A stretch of DNA of 64,000 nucleotides, taken from positions 120,225 through 184,224 of the forward strand of contig CAYLMA010000001.1 in the NCBI GenBank assembly GCA_964384915.1, in the 5' to 3' direction. The DNA comes from an uncultured Sulfuricella sp. Lineage in GTDB: Bacteria; Pseudomonadota; Gammaproteobacteria; Burkholderiales; Sulfuricellaceae. Below the pieces are notes generated by a model, which saw only the letters and a list, made by a program, of their open reading frames with translations, searched no databases and was not told where the DNA came from. Positions 55,674 to 64,000 of the stretch are shown one piece after another (position 1 is the first letter of the stretch; the number at the start of each line of letters is the position of its first letter). Made by a program: the position numbers and the translations under genes.

Positions 55674-56648
55674 ATGACGACACCCGAAAAAACATTAGAC
55701 CTGGCGCGCCAGGTTCTGAGCATCGAAGCCGATGCCATCCATGCGCTGAGCGCGCGTCTTGATCACAAATTTTCTCACGCGGTCGAGTTGTGCCTGGCCT
55801 GCAGCGGACGCATTATCGTCAGCGGCATGGGGAAATCCGGGCATATCGCGGGCAAAATCGCATCCACTCTCGCCAGCACGGGCACGCCGTCCTTTTTCGT
55901 CCACCCCGGCGAGGCCAGCCACGGCGACATGGGCATGATCACGCCGCAGGATGTGGTCATTGCACTGTCCAATTCCGGCGAGAGCCCGGAACTGGTGGCC
56001 ATCGTTCCACTGATAAAGCGCCTTGGCGCCAAGCTTATCACCATGACCGGCAACCCCTTGTCCACCATGGCGCGCGAAGCCGACCTCCATCTCGACGCCA
56101 GCGTGACGCAGGAGGCCTGCCCGCTGGGGCTGGCGCCGACGGCCAGCACCACTGCGGCGCTGGCACTGGGAGATGCTCTGGCGGTAGCGCTGCTGGATGC
56201 TCGCGGCTTCGGCAAGGAGGATTTTGCCCGCTCCCATCCCGGCGGCGCGCTTGGCCGCCGCCTGCTGGTGCACGTGCAGGACGTGATGCATCAGGGCGAG
56301 GCTTTGCCCAAGGTGCATGCGGATGCCAGCCTGAGCGTGGCACTGCTGGAAATGACCAGGAAGGGGCTGGGCATGACTGCGGTGGTGGACGGCCAGGACC
56401 ATATCCTGGGCCTGTTCACCGATGGCGACTTGCGCCGCCACCTGGATTCTCCACTGGACATCCGCACCACCCCCATCAGCGAAGTCATGACCACCCAGCC
56501 GCTCACCATCCGCCCGGAACGGCTGGCGGCGGAAGCGGTGCAATTCATGGAACAGCGCAAAATCAACGGGCTCTTGGTCGCAGATGCATCAGGGCGGCTG
56601 GTAGGCGCCTTCAACATGCACGACCTGCTGCGCGCGGGCGTGGTCTAA
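55674..56648 (+). CDS. kdsD: Arabinose-5-phosphate isomerase KdsD
   Basis: SIS domain GMGKSGHIAGKIASTLASTGTP plus tandem CBS domains. Start set at the ATG at 55674. Confidence 0.92.
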   Translation: MTTPEKTLDLARQVLSIEADAIHALSARLDHKFSHAVELCLACSGRIIVSGMGKSGHIAGKIASTLASTGTPSFFVHPGEASHGDMGMITPQDVVIALSNSGESPELVAIVPLIKRLGAKLITMTGNPLSTMAREADLHLDASVTQEACPLGLAPTASTTAALALGDALAVALLDARGFGKEDFARSHPGGALGRRLLVHVQDVMHQGEALPKVHADASLSVALLEMTRKGLGMTAVVDGQDHILGLFTDGDLRRHLDSPLDIRTTPISEVMTTQPLTIRPERLAAEAVQFMEQRKINGLLVADASGRLVGAFNMHDLLRAGVV

Positions 56649-56690
56649 GATTGCCTCCTAAAAACAGGCCTTAACTCTGGAGCAAGCACG

Positions 56691-57215
56691 ATGCAAGCGG
56701 TTTATGAACTGGCGAGTAAAATCAAATTGCTGATTTTTGATGTGGACGGGGTGCTCACCGACGGCAGCCTTTTTCTCGGCGATGACGGGCAGGAATACAA
56801 GGCGTTCAATTCTCTCGATGGCCACGGCATCAAGATGCTGAAAAACAGTGGCGTGGAAATCGCCATCATTACCGGGCGCACTTCGAAAGTCGTGATTCAC
56901 CGCGCGCAGAACCTAGGAATCACCCATCTTTACCAAGGCATTCACGACAAGCTTCAGGCTTTTCACGAGCTCACGGAAAAACTCGGCATCCGCCTCGAAC
57001 AATGCGCATTCATGGGGGACGACGTCGTGGACCTGCCTGCCATGCGCCGCTGTGGGCTGGCCTTCACGGTCCCCCAGGCGCCGGACCGGGTAAAGCAACA
57101 TGCCCATTACGTCACCGTCAAGGATGGGGGGCGTGGCGCAGCGCGTGAAGTATGCGAGCTGATCATGCAGGCTCAAGATACCCTGGAGGCCCAGTTATCC
57201 GTTTATCTCAAATAA
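56691..57215 (+). CDS. kdsC: KDO-8-phosphate phosphatase KdsC
   Basis: HAD motif FDVDGVLTDG, GDDVVDLP. Confidence 0.92.
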   Translation: MQAVYELASKIKLLIFDVDGVLTDGSLFLGDDGQEYKAFNSLDGHGIKMLKNSGVEIAIITGRTSKVVIHRAQNLGITHLYQGIHDKLQAFHELTEKLGIRLEQCAFMGDDVVDLPAMRRCGLAFTVPQAPDRVKQHAHYVTVKDGGRGAAREVCELIMQAQDTLEAQLSVYLK

Positions 57216-57787
57216 GCGAACGCGTCACGCTTTGGTTCCCCCTTGCGCTGCTGGGACTGCTCGCTCTGCTCACCTTCTGGCTCAACAGCACGGTTCAGGC
57301 CCCTTTGGCGAAACGCGATGGCAGCACGCGCCACGATCCGGATTTCTGGGTGGAGAATTTCTTCGCCCGGCGCATGGGACCGGACGGCCTGACCCAGCAC
57401 AGCCTGGCGGCGATCAAACTTGAGCATTTCCCCGACGATGACAGCTCCCATCTGACCCGTCCCCACTTCATCGCCATGAACGCAGAAAAACCACCGCTGC
57501 ACATCCAGGCACAGCAGGGGCTGGTTTCCAGCAATGGCGAAGAGGTTTACTTTACCCGTGGCGTCGAGGTTAAACGCGAAGCCGGCACGGGTAAAGACTG
57601 GCTGACGATCCACACCGACTACTTGCACATCACGCCGGACAAGGAAATTGCCCGTACCCATAAGGCGGTCACGATCAAAACCCCGGCCGCGCTGGTCACC
57701 GCCATCGGAATGGAATTCAACAACCGCACCCAGGCGGTCAAACTGCTTTCACGCGTGAAAGGGCATTATGAAAAACCCAAGCACTAG
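57152..57787 (+). CDS. lptC: LPS export protein LptC
   Basis: N-terminal TM anchor plus OstA-like fold, in kdsC-lptC-lptA-lptB order. The only canonical start (ATG 57152) overlaps kdsC by 64 nt, so the true start is uncertain. Confidence 0.78.
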   Translation: MRADHAGSRYPGGPVIRLSQISERVTLWFPLALLGLLALLTFWLNSTVQAPLAKRDGSTRHDPDFWVENFFARRMGPDGLTQHSLAAIKLEHFPDDDSSHLTRPHFIAMNAEKPPLHIQAQQGLVSSNGEEVYFTRGVEVKREAGTGKDWLTIHTDYLHITPDKEIARTHKAVTIKTPAALVTAIGMEFNNRTQAVKLLSRVKGHYEKPKH

Positions 57788-58370
57788 ATTTGCCGCCTAT
57801 GGCTGCCTGCTACTTCTGCTGCTTCCAGCCACAGGTCTTGCCGAGCTGGCAGATCGCGACAAGCCCATCAACCTGGAAGCCGATACCGTCAACCTTGACG
57901 ACGCAAACAAGGTCAGCATTTACCAGGGCAATGTGCAACTTTCGCAAGGCACGCTCCTGATTCGTGCCGACAAGTTAGTGATCAAGGAAGATGCAGCAGG
58001 TTTACAGCGCGCCACAGCCTATGGGAATCCAGCCAGTTTCCGCCAAAAGCGCGAAGGCCTGAATGAATACATCGAAGGTTACGGGCTGCGCATCGAATAT
58101 GACGCCAGGGCTGAAAAAGCCGAACTTTTCACGCAGGCCCGCATGAAGCGCAACCAGGACGAAGTGCGCGGCAATTACATCTCCTACGACGCCAAAACGG
58201 AATTTTTCCAGGTCATAGGCGGAGGCAAGGAAGCCGCCGCACCCGGCAGGGAGAAGGGGCGCGTGCGCGCCGTGATCCAGCCAAAGCCCAAGAATGGCGC
58301 CAGCGCCACTAGCCCAGCGCCGCTCAACATACGTGGCGCGGAAAACATCGCCACGCCGCGACCAGAATGA
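57768..58370 (+). CDS. lptA: LPS export periplasmic protein LptA
   Basis: Signal peptide, then an OstA-N domain ([13 protein letters not shown]..., [10 protein letters not shown]). Confidence 0.88.
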   Translation: MKNPSTRFAAYGCLLLLLLPATGLAELADRDKPINLEADTVNLDDANKVSIYQGNVQLSQGTLLIRADKLVIKEDAAGLQRATAYGNPASFRQKREGLNEYIEGYGLRIEYDARAEKAELFTQARMKRNQDEVRGNYISYDAKTEFFQVIGGGKEAAAPGREKGRVRAVIQPKPKNGASATSPAPLNIRGAENIATPRPE

Positions 58371-58377
58371 GCATCCA

Positions 58378-59100
58378 ATGAGCGAACTCACGGTTAGCGG
58401 CCTGAAAAAACGCTACAAATCCCGCACCGTCGTCAAGGACGTTTCCCTCGGCGTCAGCAGTGGCGAGGTAGTGGGGCTGCTGGGCCCGAATGGCGCGGGC
58501 AAGACCACCAGCTTCTACATGATGGTGGGGCTGGTTCCACTGGATGGAGGCAGCATCAAGCTGGATGGCAATGAACTGAGCCGCATGCCGATTCATCGCC
58601 GGGCCCGCCTTGGGCTCAGCTACCTGCCCCAGGAAGCCTCGATTTTCCGCAAGCTGACGGTGGCGGAAAACGTGGCCGCCATTCTTGAATTGCGCGGCTT
58701 AAGCAGCGAGGAAGTGGAGCGCCAGACGGACGAACTGTTGCACGAACTGCATGTCCATCACCTGCGCGACAACCCGGCCATGAGCCTGTCCGGCGGCGAA
58801 CGCCGGCGCGTTGAGATCGCCCGTGCGCTGGCCTCGAATCCGCGCTTTATCCTGCTTGACGAGCCCTTTGCCGGCGTGGATCCCATCGCCGTGCTTGAAA
58901 TCCAGAAAATCATCCGTTTTCTTTCTGAGCGTGACATCGGCGTGCTGATCACCGACCACAACGTGCGCGAAACACTCGGCATCTGCGACCACGCCTACAT
59001 CATTAATGACGGCCTGGTGCTGGCCAGCGGCAAACCGGAGGAAATCGTTTATAATGAAGCCGTGAGAAAAGTTTATCTTGGCGAGCATTTTCGCTTATGA
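58378..59100 (+). CDS. lptB: LPS export ABC ATPase LptB
   Basis: [35 protein letters not shown]. Confidence 0.95.
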   Translation: MSELTVSGLKKRYKSRTVVKDVSLGVSSGEVVGLLGPNGAGKTTSFYMMVGLVPLDGGSIKLDGNELSRMPIHRRARLGLSYLPQEASIFRKLTVAENVAAILELRGLSSEEVERQTDELLHELHVHHLRDNPAMSLSGGERRRVEIARALASNPRFILLDEPFAGVDPIAVLEIQKIIRFLSERDIGVLITDHNVRETLGICDHAYIINDGLVLASGKPEEIVYNEAVRKVYLGEHFRL

Positions 59101-59139
59101 CACGGCCCTGAGTCTTCGCCCTCAGGAATCCAATTGCCC

Positions 59140-60585
59140 ATGAAACAAAGCCTCCAGCTCAAACTCTCCCAACACCTGGCCCTGACCCCGCAGTTGCAGC
59201 AATCCATACGATTGCTGCAGTTGTCTTCGCAGGAACTCAATCAGGAATTGGAGCAGTTCATCGAAAACAATCCCTTGCTTGAGCGCGTGGATCCGAATCT
59301 TGACGCAGACAGGCCGGAGGAGCCCAGCTCGTTCGCTTCTGCCGAACAGGCGCCTGCCACGGCTCCAGTCGAGGAGCATGGCGAAGCATCTCAGCAGGAA
59401 GACAGCTTCAATGATGACCATGATATCTGGAACGAAGCCGCACCCTCGCATGGCATCCGCGACGATAATGACGAACCGGATTACCCGCAGCAGGATGCCG
59501 GTACCACCAGCTTGCGCGACCACCTGAACTGGCAGCTCAACCTCACGCAGCTTCCCTTGCGCGATCGAACCATTGTGTCGCTGATGATCGACGCGCTCAA
59601 TGATGACGGCTACCTGACCCAGAGCTTGGACGACATTGCCGAAATATTGCCGCCGGAACTGGAGATCGACCCGCTCGAGGTCGAAACCGCGCTGAAGCAT
59701 CTGCAGAATCTCGAGCCGCTTGGCGTCGGCGCCCGCAATCTGGGCGAATGCCTGGCTCTGCAGCTCGAAGCCATGCCAGCGGACACCCCCCATCGAGATA
59801 TCGCACTGCGAATTGCACGGCAACACCTGGAACAACTGGCAAGCCGGGATTACAACAAGCTAAAAAAACTGCTGCAATGCGATGATGACAGCCTGCGTGC
59901 CGCCCAACACCTCATCACCGGACTCAACCCCCGCCCAGGCGCTGATTTCGCCGCCGCTGACACACGTTACGTCGTGGCTGACGTCATCGTCAGAAAAACC
60001 AAGGGGATGTGGATAGCCAGCCTGAACCGCGAAGCCATGCCCAAGCTGCGCGTCAACCGCATGTATGCCGACATTCTGAGCCGCAACAGGGAGGGTGGCG
60101 GGCAGCAGCTTGCCAGCCAGTTGCAGGAGGCGCGCTGGATGGTCAAGAACATTGAACAGCGCTTTGACACCATTCTGCGGGTGTCACAGGCCATCGTCGA
60201 CCGCCAGAAACACTTTTTCGAGCACGGCGAAGTCGCCATGCGCCCATTGGTGCTGCGCGAAATAGCCGATGAAGTCGGCTTGCATGAATCCACGATTTCT
60301 CGCGTCACCACCCAGAAGTACATGCTCACACCGAGAGGCATTTTCGAATTAAAATACTTTTTCGGCAGCCATGTCGCGACTGAAACCGGCGGCGCTTGTT
60401 CAGCCACCGCCATCCGCGCCCTGATCAAGCAACTCGTGAGCGCGGAAGATAGCAAAAAACCACTCAGCGACACCCAGATCACAGAAATTCTGGCACAACA
60501 GGGCATCGTAGTCGCACGCCGTACCGTGGCAAAATACCGCGAAGTCTTGCTGATCCCCGCGGTGACACTTCGCAAATCTCTCTAA
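59140..60585 (+). CDS. rpoN: RNA polymerase sigma-54 factor
   Basis: MKQSLQLKLSQHLALTPQLQQSIRLLQLS and the C-terminal RpoN box ARRTVAKYR. Confidence 0.97.
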   Translation: MKQSLQLKLSQHLALTPQLQQSIRLLQLSSQELNQELEQFIENNPLLERVDPNLDADRPEEPSSFASAEQAPATAPVEEHGEASQQEDSFNDDHDIWNEAAPSHGIRDDNDEPDYPQQDAGTTSLRDHLNWQLNLTQLPLRDRTIVSLMIDALNDDGYLTQSLDDIAEILPPELEIDPLEVETALKHLQNLEPLGVGARNLGECLALQLEAMPADTPHRDIALRIARQHLEQLASRDYNKLKKLLQCDDDSLRAAQHLITGLNPRPGADFAAADTRYVVADVIVRKTKGMWIASLNREAMPKLRVNRMYADILSRNREGGGQQLASQLQEARWMVKNIEQRFDTILRVSQAIVDRQKHFFEHGEVAMRPLVLREIADEVGLHESTISRVTTQKYMLTPRGIFELKYFFGSHVATETGGACSATAIRALIKQLVSAEDSKKPLSDTQITEILAQQGIVVARRTVAKYREVLLIPAVTLRKSL

Positions 60586-60620
60586 CCAACAGGTTCTTTT
60601 TATAACCAGGAGCATGAATC

Positions 60621-60941
60621 ATGAACTTGACCATCACCGGCCACCACATCGAAGTTACCCCCGCCATTCGCGACTATGTCACTAGCAAACTGGATAAGAT
60701 CAACCGTCATTTCGATCAAGTCATCGACGTCAAGGTCATCCTGACGGTCGAAAAACTCAAGCAGAAGGCAGAGGTAAGCGTTCACATGCGTGGGAACGAT
60801 GTATTTGTACAATCTGAAGATGCCGACATGTATGCTGCTATCGATTCATTGGTGGACAAGCTGGACCGCCAGATCCTCAAACGCAAGGAAAAGAACGGCG
60901 ACCATCACAGTGATGTAAAACATCAGGCAGTCGAAGAATAA
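60621..60941 (+). CDS. hpf: Ribosome hibernation promoting factor (sigma-54 modulation protein)
   Basis: MNLTITGHHIEVTPAIRDYV..., about 106 aa, immediately after rpoN. Confidence 0.9.
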   Translation: MNLTITGHHIEVTPAIRDYVTSKLDKINRHFDQVIDVKVILTVEKLKQKAEVSVHMRGNDVFVQSEDADMYAAIDSLVDKLDRQILKRKEKNGDHHSDVKHQAVEE

Positions 60942-60970
60942 AAACCACTACTTGATGCCCGAGGTTAGCC

Positions 60971-61444
60971 ATGGAGCTCATTGCAAAAATACTGCCACTC
61001 GAAAATGTCATTGCGGAACTCGATGTCGGGAGCAAAAAACGGGCTTTCGAACATGTCGGCGAAATGCTGGAACAACGCCTGCATCTCGGCCGCGGCAAGA
61101 TATTCGACAGCCTTTTCGCTCGTGAGAAACTGGGTTCAACCGGCCTCGGCCACGGCATTGCCATTCCGCATGGGCGAATCAAGGGCTTGCAGGATACCCA
61201 GGGCGTATTCGTACACCTGAAGCAGCCGATTCCCTTCGACGCCCCGGACGGCGCGCCGGTATCGCTGCTTTTCGTGTTGCTGGTGCCGGAGCAGGCAACC
61301 GATCTGCACCTGCAAATTCTTGGCGAACTGGCGCACATGTTCAGCGACCACCATTTGCGCGAGCAACTGAACGCCAGTTACGACAGCGAAACGCTACACC
61401 ACCTCCTCACCACCTGGGTGCCCCATGCCGCAAATCAGCGTTAA
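60971..61444 (+). CDS. ptsN: Nitrogen-PTS EIIA component PtsN
   Basis: EIIA-Ntr sequence with the phosphorylatable His in GIAIPHGR. Confidence 0.9.
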   Translation: MELIAKILPLENVIAELDVGSKKRAFEHVGEMLEQRLHLGRGKIFDSLFAREKLGSTGLGHGIAIPHGRIKGLQDTQGVFVHLKQPIPFDAPDGAPVSLLFVLLVPEQATDLHLQILGELAHMFSDHHLREQLNASYDSETLHHLLTTWVPHAANQR

Positions 61445-62372
61445 TCAGCTTTTTGCGGACAAGGGGGACCAGCTTGGCCTGACGTGGGTTGCCGGCAAGA
61501 AGGGGGGGAACAAACTGCTGACCAGCGATACGGTACAGAAGCTTTCTCTGGCGCTGATCGGCTACCTAAATTTCGTGCATCCCAACCGGGTACAGGTGCT
61601 GGGATGCGCGGAAATGGACTACCTGCGCAGCTTGACGCCGGAAGCACTGGCGCAGTCCGTCAATAACCTGTTCAGCACCGAGTTGGCGGCGATCATTGTC
61701 GCCAATGGGGAAACCGTCCCCCCCTTGCTCAAGGAAGCCGCCGACCGCACTTTGACACCGCTGCTGACCTCCCACGAACAGAGTCCCGACATGATGAACG
61801 TACTGCGCCATTACCTGGCGCAAGTACTGGCTGAAACCACGGTGCGTCATGGCGTATTCATGGAAGTGCAGGGCATGGGCGTTCTGATTACCGGCGACAG
61901 CGCCGTTGGCAAAAGCGAGCTTGCGCTGGAGCTGATTACGCGCGGACACCGTCTGGTGGCGGACGACGTGGTGGAGTTCTATCAGGTTTCCCCAGACACG
62001 CTGGAAGGCCGCTGCCCAGCCATGCTGCAGGACTTTCTCGAAGTGCGCGGCCTCGGCGTGCTGAATATCCGCGCGCTGTTCGGGGAAGCCGCGGTCAAGT
62101 TGAAAAAAAATATCAAGCTGATCGTGCATCTGGAAAAACTGACTGAACAAACCATGTCCCTGAATCGGCTGCAGATCAACACCTATTCGCAGCAAATTCT
62201 CGACGCCACCATTCCCGAAGTGCGCATCCCGGTGGCTGCCGGCCGCAACATCGCGGTGCTGCTCGAAGTAGCCGTGCGCAATCACATCCTGCAACTGCGC
62301 GGCATCAACAGCACGCAGCAGTTCATCGAGCGCCATGATCGCATGATGGCCGAAGACAAGCCCAGTACCTAA
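61425..62372 (+). CDS. hprK: HPr kinase/phosphorylase
   Basis: Walker [10 protein letters not shown], and [10 protein letters not shown] signature. Confidence 0.92.
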   Translation: MPQISVNQLFADKGDQLGLTWVAGKKGGNKLLTSDTVQKLSLALIGYLNFVHPNRVQVLGCAEMDYLRSLTPEALAQSVNNLFSTELAAIIVANGETVPPLLKEAADRTLTPLLTSHEQSPDMMNVLRHYLAQVLAETTVRHGVFMEVQGMGVLITGDSAVGKSELALELITRGHRLVADDVVEFYQVSPDTLEGRCPAMLQDFLEVRGLGVLNIRALFGEAAVKLKKNIKLIVHLEKLTEQTMSLNRLQINTYSQQILDATIPEVRIPVAAGRNIAVLLEVAVRNHILQLRGINSTQQFIERHDRMMAEDKPST

Positions 62373-62374
62373 GC

Positions 62375-63211
62375 ATGCAACTCATCCTGGTCAGCGGCTT
62401 GTCCGGTTCGGGCAAAAGTATCGCCCTCAATGTTCTTGAGGACAGAAGCTACTTTTGTGTCGACAATCTTCCGCTAGCGCTGCTCACCGAGACGGCTCGC
62501 TACCTTCTTGGCGGCGGCGTCACACAAGCCGCGATCAGCATCGATGCGCGCAGCAACAGCGACCTGAATCAACTGCCCCAGATCATCGCCGCATTACGCG
62601 GGGATGGACTGGACGTACGGGTGCTGTTCCTTGAAGCCAAGACCGATGAACTGGTCAAGCGTTTCAGTGAGACCCGGCGCCGCCACCCCCTGAGCGACCA
62701 GGGCCGCACGCTTACGGAATGCATCGAACGCGAACAAGAACAACTGGAAGCTGTCAGCGATCTCGGCCACCGCATAGATACCAGCGATCTATCACCCAAT
62801 ACCCTGCGCGCCTGGATCAAGGACTTCATCGCGCACGACCGCTCCCGGCTGACCCTGTTGTTCCAGTCGTTTGGCTTCAAGCATGGCATTCCGCTGGACG
62901 CCGATTTCGTGTTCGATGTCCGCTGCCTGCCGAACCCGCATTACGATCCGGCCTTGCGCCCGCTGACGGGGAAGGACCCGGAAGTCTGCGCATTCTTGCA
63001 GAAAGACCCCTTGGTGCAAAAAATGCTGGGCGACATTAGCCGCTTCGTGGCTGACTGGCTGCCCTGTTTTATCCGCGACAATCGCAATTATCTGACCATT
63101 GCCTTGGGATGCACCGGCGGACAGCACCGCTCCGTGTTTTTTGCAGAAACACTGGCAGCGCAGTTCGGCAGCGAATACCAGGTGCTGATCAGGCATCGCG
63201 AACTGTCATGA
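62375..63211 (+). CDS. rapZ: RNase adapter / nucleotide-binding protein RapZ
   Basis: [10 protein letters not shown]-loop, [10 protein letters not shown]-terminal motif. Confidence 0.93.
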   Translation: MQLILVSGLSGSGKSIALNVLEDRSYFCVDNLPLALLTETARYLLGGGVTQAAISIDARSNSDLNQLPQIIAALRGDGLDVRVLFLEAKTDELVKRFSETRRRHPLSDQGRTLTECIEREQEQLEAVSDLGHRIDTSDLSPNTLRAWIKDFIAHDRSRLTLLFQSFGFKHGIPLDADFVFDVRCLPNPHYDPALRPLTGKDPEVCAFLQKDPLVQKMLGDISRFVADWLPCFIRDNRNYLTIALGCTGGQHRSVFFAETLAAQFGSEYQVLIRHRELS

Positions 63212-63576
63212 ACGTGGGTTTCAAGGCAGGGGACTGGCTTACGGCGCTCGCAGGCGCGGCGCTGGTCACATACCTTTTTCTTTCGGTGTGGGGAGGAAGC
63301 AAGGGCACCAACCTGATCATCCGCAGCGGTGGAAGAATTGTGGCCGAAACGGATTTGTCACGAAACCGTGATTTTGAAATCAGAGGGCCACTTGGGACGA
63401 CCCTGATTACAGTCAACAACCATCGCGTCCGCATCGCACGCGACCCCAGCCCGCGCCAGCACTGCGTCAGGCAGGGATGGCTTACACGCGCAGGGGAAGC
63501 CGCACTGTGCCTGCCTAACCAGGTAAGCGTGGAACTGCTCGGTGCCACGAGGCCGTATGACTCCCTCAGTTATTAA
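63208..63576 (+). CDS. NusG domain II-containing small membrane-anchored protein
   Basis: ATGA overlap with rapZ. One N-terminal TM, then a beta-rich region ending in CxxQGW...ALCLPNQV. Assignment is tentative. Confidence 0.5.
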   Translation: MNVGFKAGDWLTALAGAALVTYLFLSVWGGSKGTNLIIRSGGRIVAETDLSRNRDFEIRGPLGTTLITVNNHRVRIARDPSPRQHCVRQGWLTRAGEAALCLPNQVSVELLGATRPYDSLSY

Positions 63577-64000
63577 GCTTCCCGCCAGACCGGATGATCA
63601 CCGCATAGCGCGGCTGGCCGCCTTCGCCATTGGGCTATCGCTGGCTGAAGCAGCGTTACCCTCGCCGTTACCCGGCGTAAAACCCGGTCTGGCAAACATC
63701 ATTACACTGCTGGTTCTACAGCGTTTCGGCTGGCGGGCCGCCGCCTGGGTTACCCTGTTACGCGTTGTGGCGGGAAGCCTGCTGCTCGGCTCCTTTCTCT
63801 CCCCCGGTTTCGTCCTGAGTTTTTGCGGCGCGCTGGCCGGCCTGATCGTGCTGGGACTGGCACGCAAGCTTCCATCTGGCGCATTTGGCCCGGTCAGCCA
63901 TAGCATCCTGGCCGCCTTCGCTCATATTGCCGCGCAACTCGGCGTGGTGTATTTGTGGCTCATCCCGCATGCCGGCGTACTTTATCTTGCACCGGTCTTT
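63556..64000 (+). CDS. Gx transporter family protein (heptaprenyl diphosphate synthase component I-like), 3' end cut by window edge
   Basis: Translated by hand: [54 protein letters not shown]... Polytopic, open to the window end, and absent from the ORF track. Confidence 0.6.

Overview
GC-rich chromosomal segment with betaproteobacterial gene order, mostly core housekeeping genes. All calls come from reading the translations and the DNA by eye; no database search was run.

Core blocks, in order:
- bamE/fur, recN, nadK, hrcA-hemH
- grpE-dnaK-dnaJ, with sigma32-type promoters
- xerD-ogt, rplS-trmD-rimM-rpsP, ffh, ypjD/corC-like genes
- pilBCD-coaE, a bepA-like peptidase, moaC
- kdsD-kdsC-lptCAB-rpoN-hpf-ptsN-hprK-rapZ

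Accessory or lineage-specific content:
1. Signalling genes: a haem-c MCP with a PAS kinase and a NarL-type regulator, two GGDEF-EAL proteins, and a decayed hybrid kinase next to an HD-GYP regulator and an Hpt-REC-REC-GGDEF protein.
2. A cytoplasmic sulfur-oxidation module that looks like soeABC followed by rhodanese-tusA-dsrE.
3. An MFP-RND efflux pair.
4. Two toxin-antitoxin pairs (vapBC-like, tacAT-like), plus a truncated PIN gene and a recombinase 3' fragment next to pilA.
5. Two prepilin genes with sigma54-type promoters.
6. At least four families of palindromic intergenic repeats.

No rRNA, tRNA, CRISPR array, intact IS or prophage was seen, and I do not see a convincing large new multi-gene system.

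The most unusual structures are:
- A four-helix-bundle (rRNA-IVS/Avd family) ORF bracketed by GTGAAN-periodic inverted arms. It fills the whole dnaK-dnaJ spacer, and ORF-less copies sit after hemH and between soeB and soeC.
- A 161-nt concentric palindrome upstream of the RND operon.
- A phosphorelay whose kinase gene is dead.
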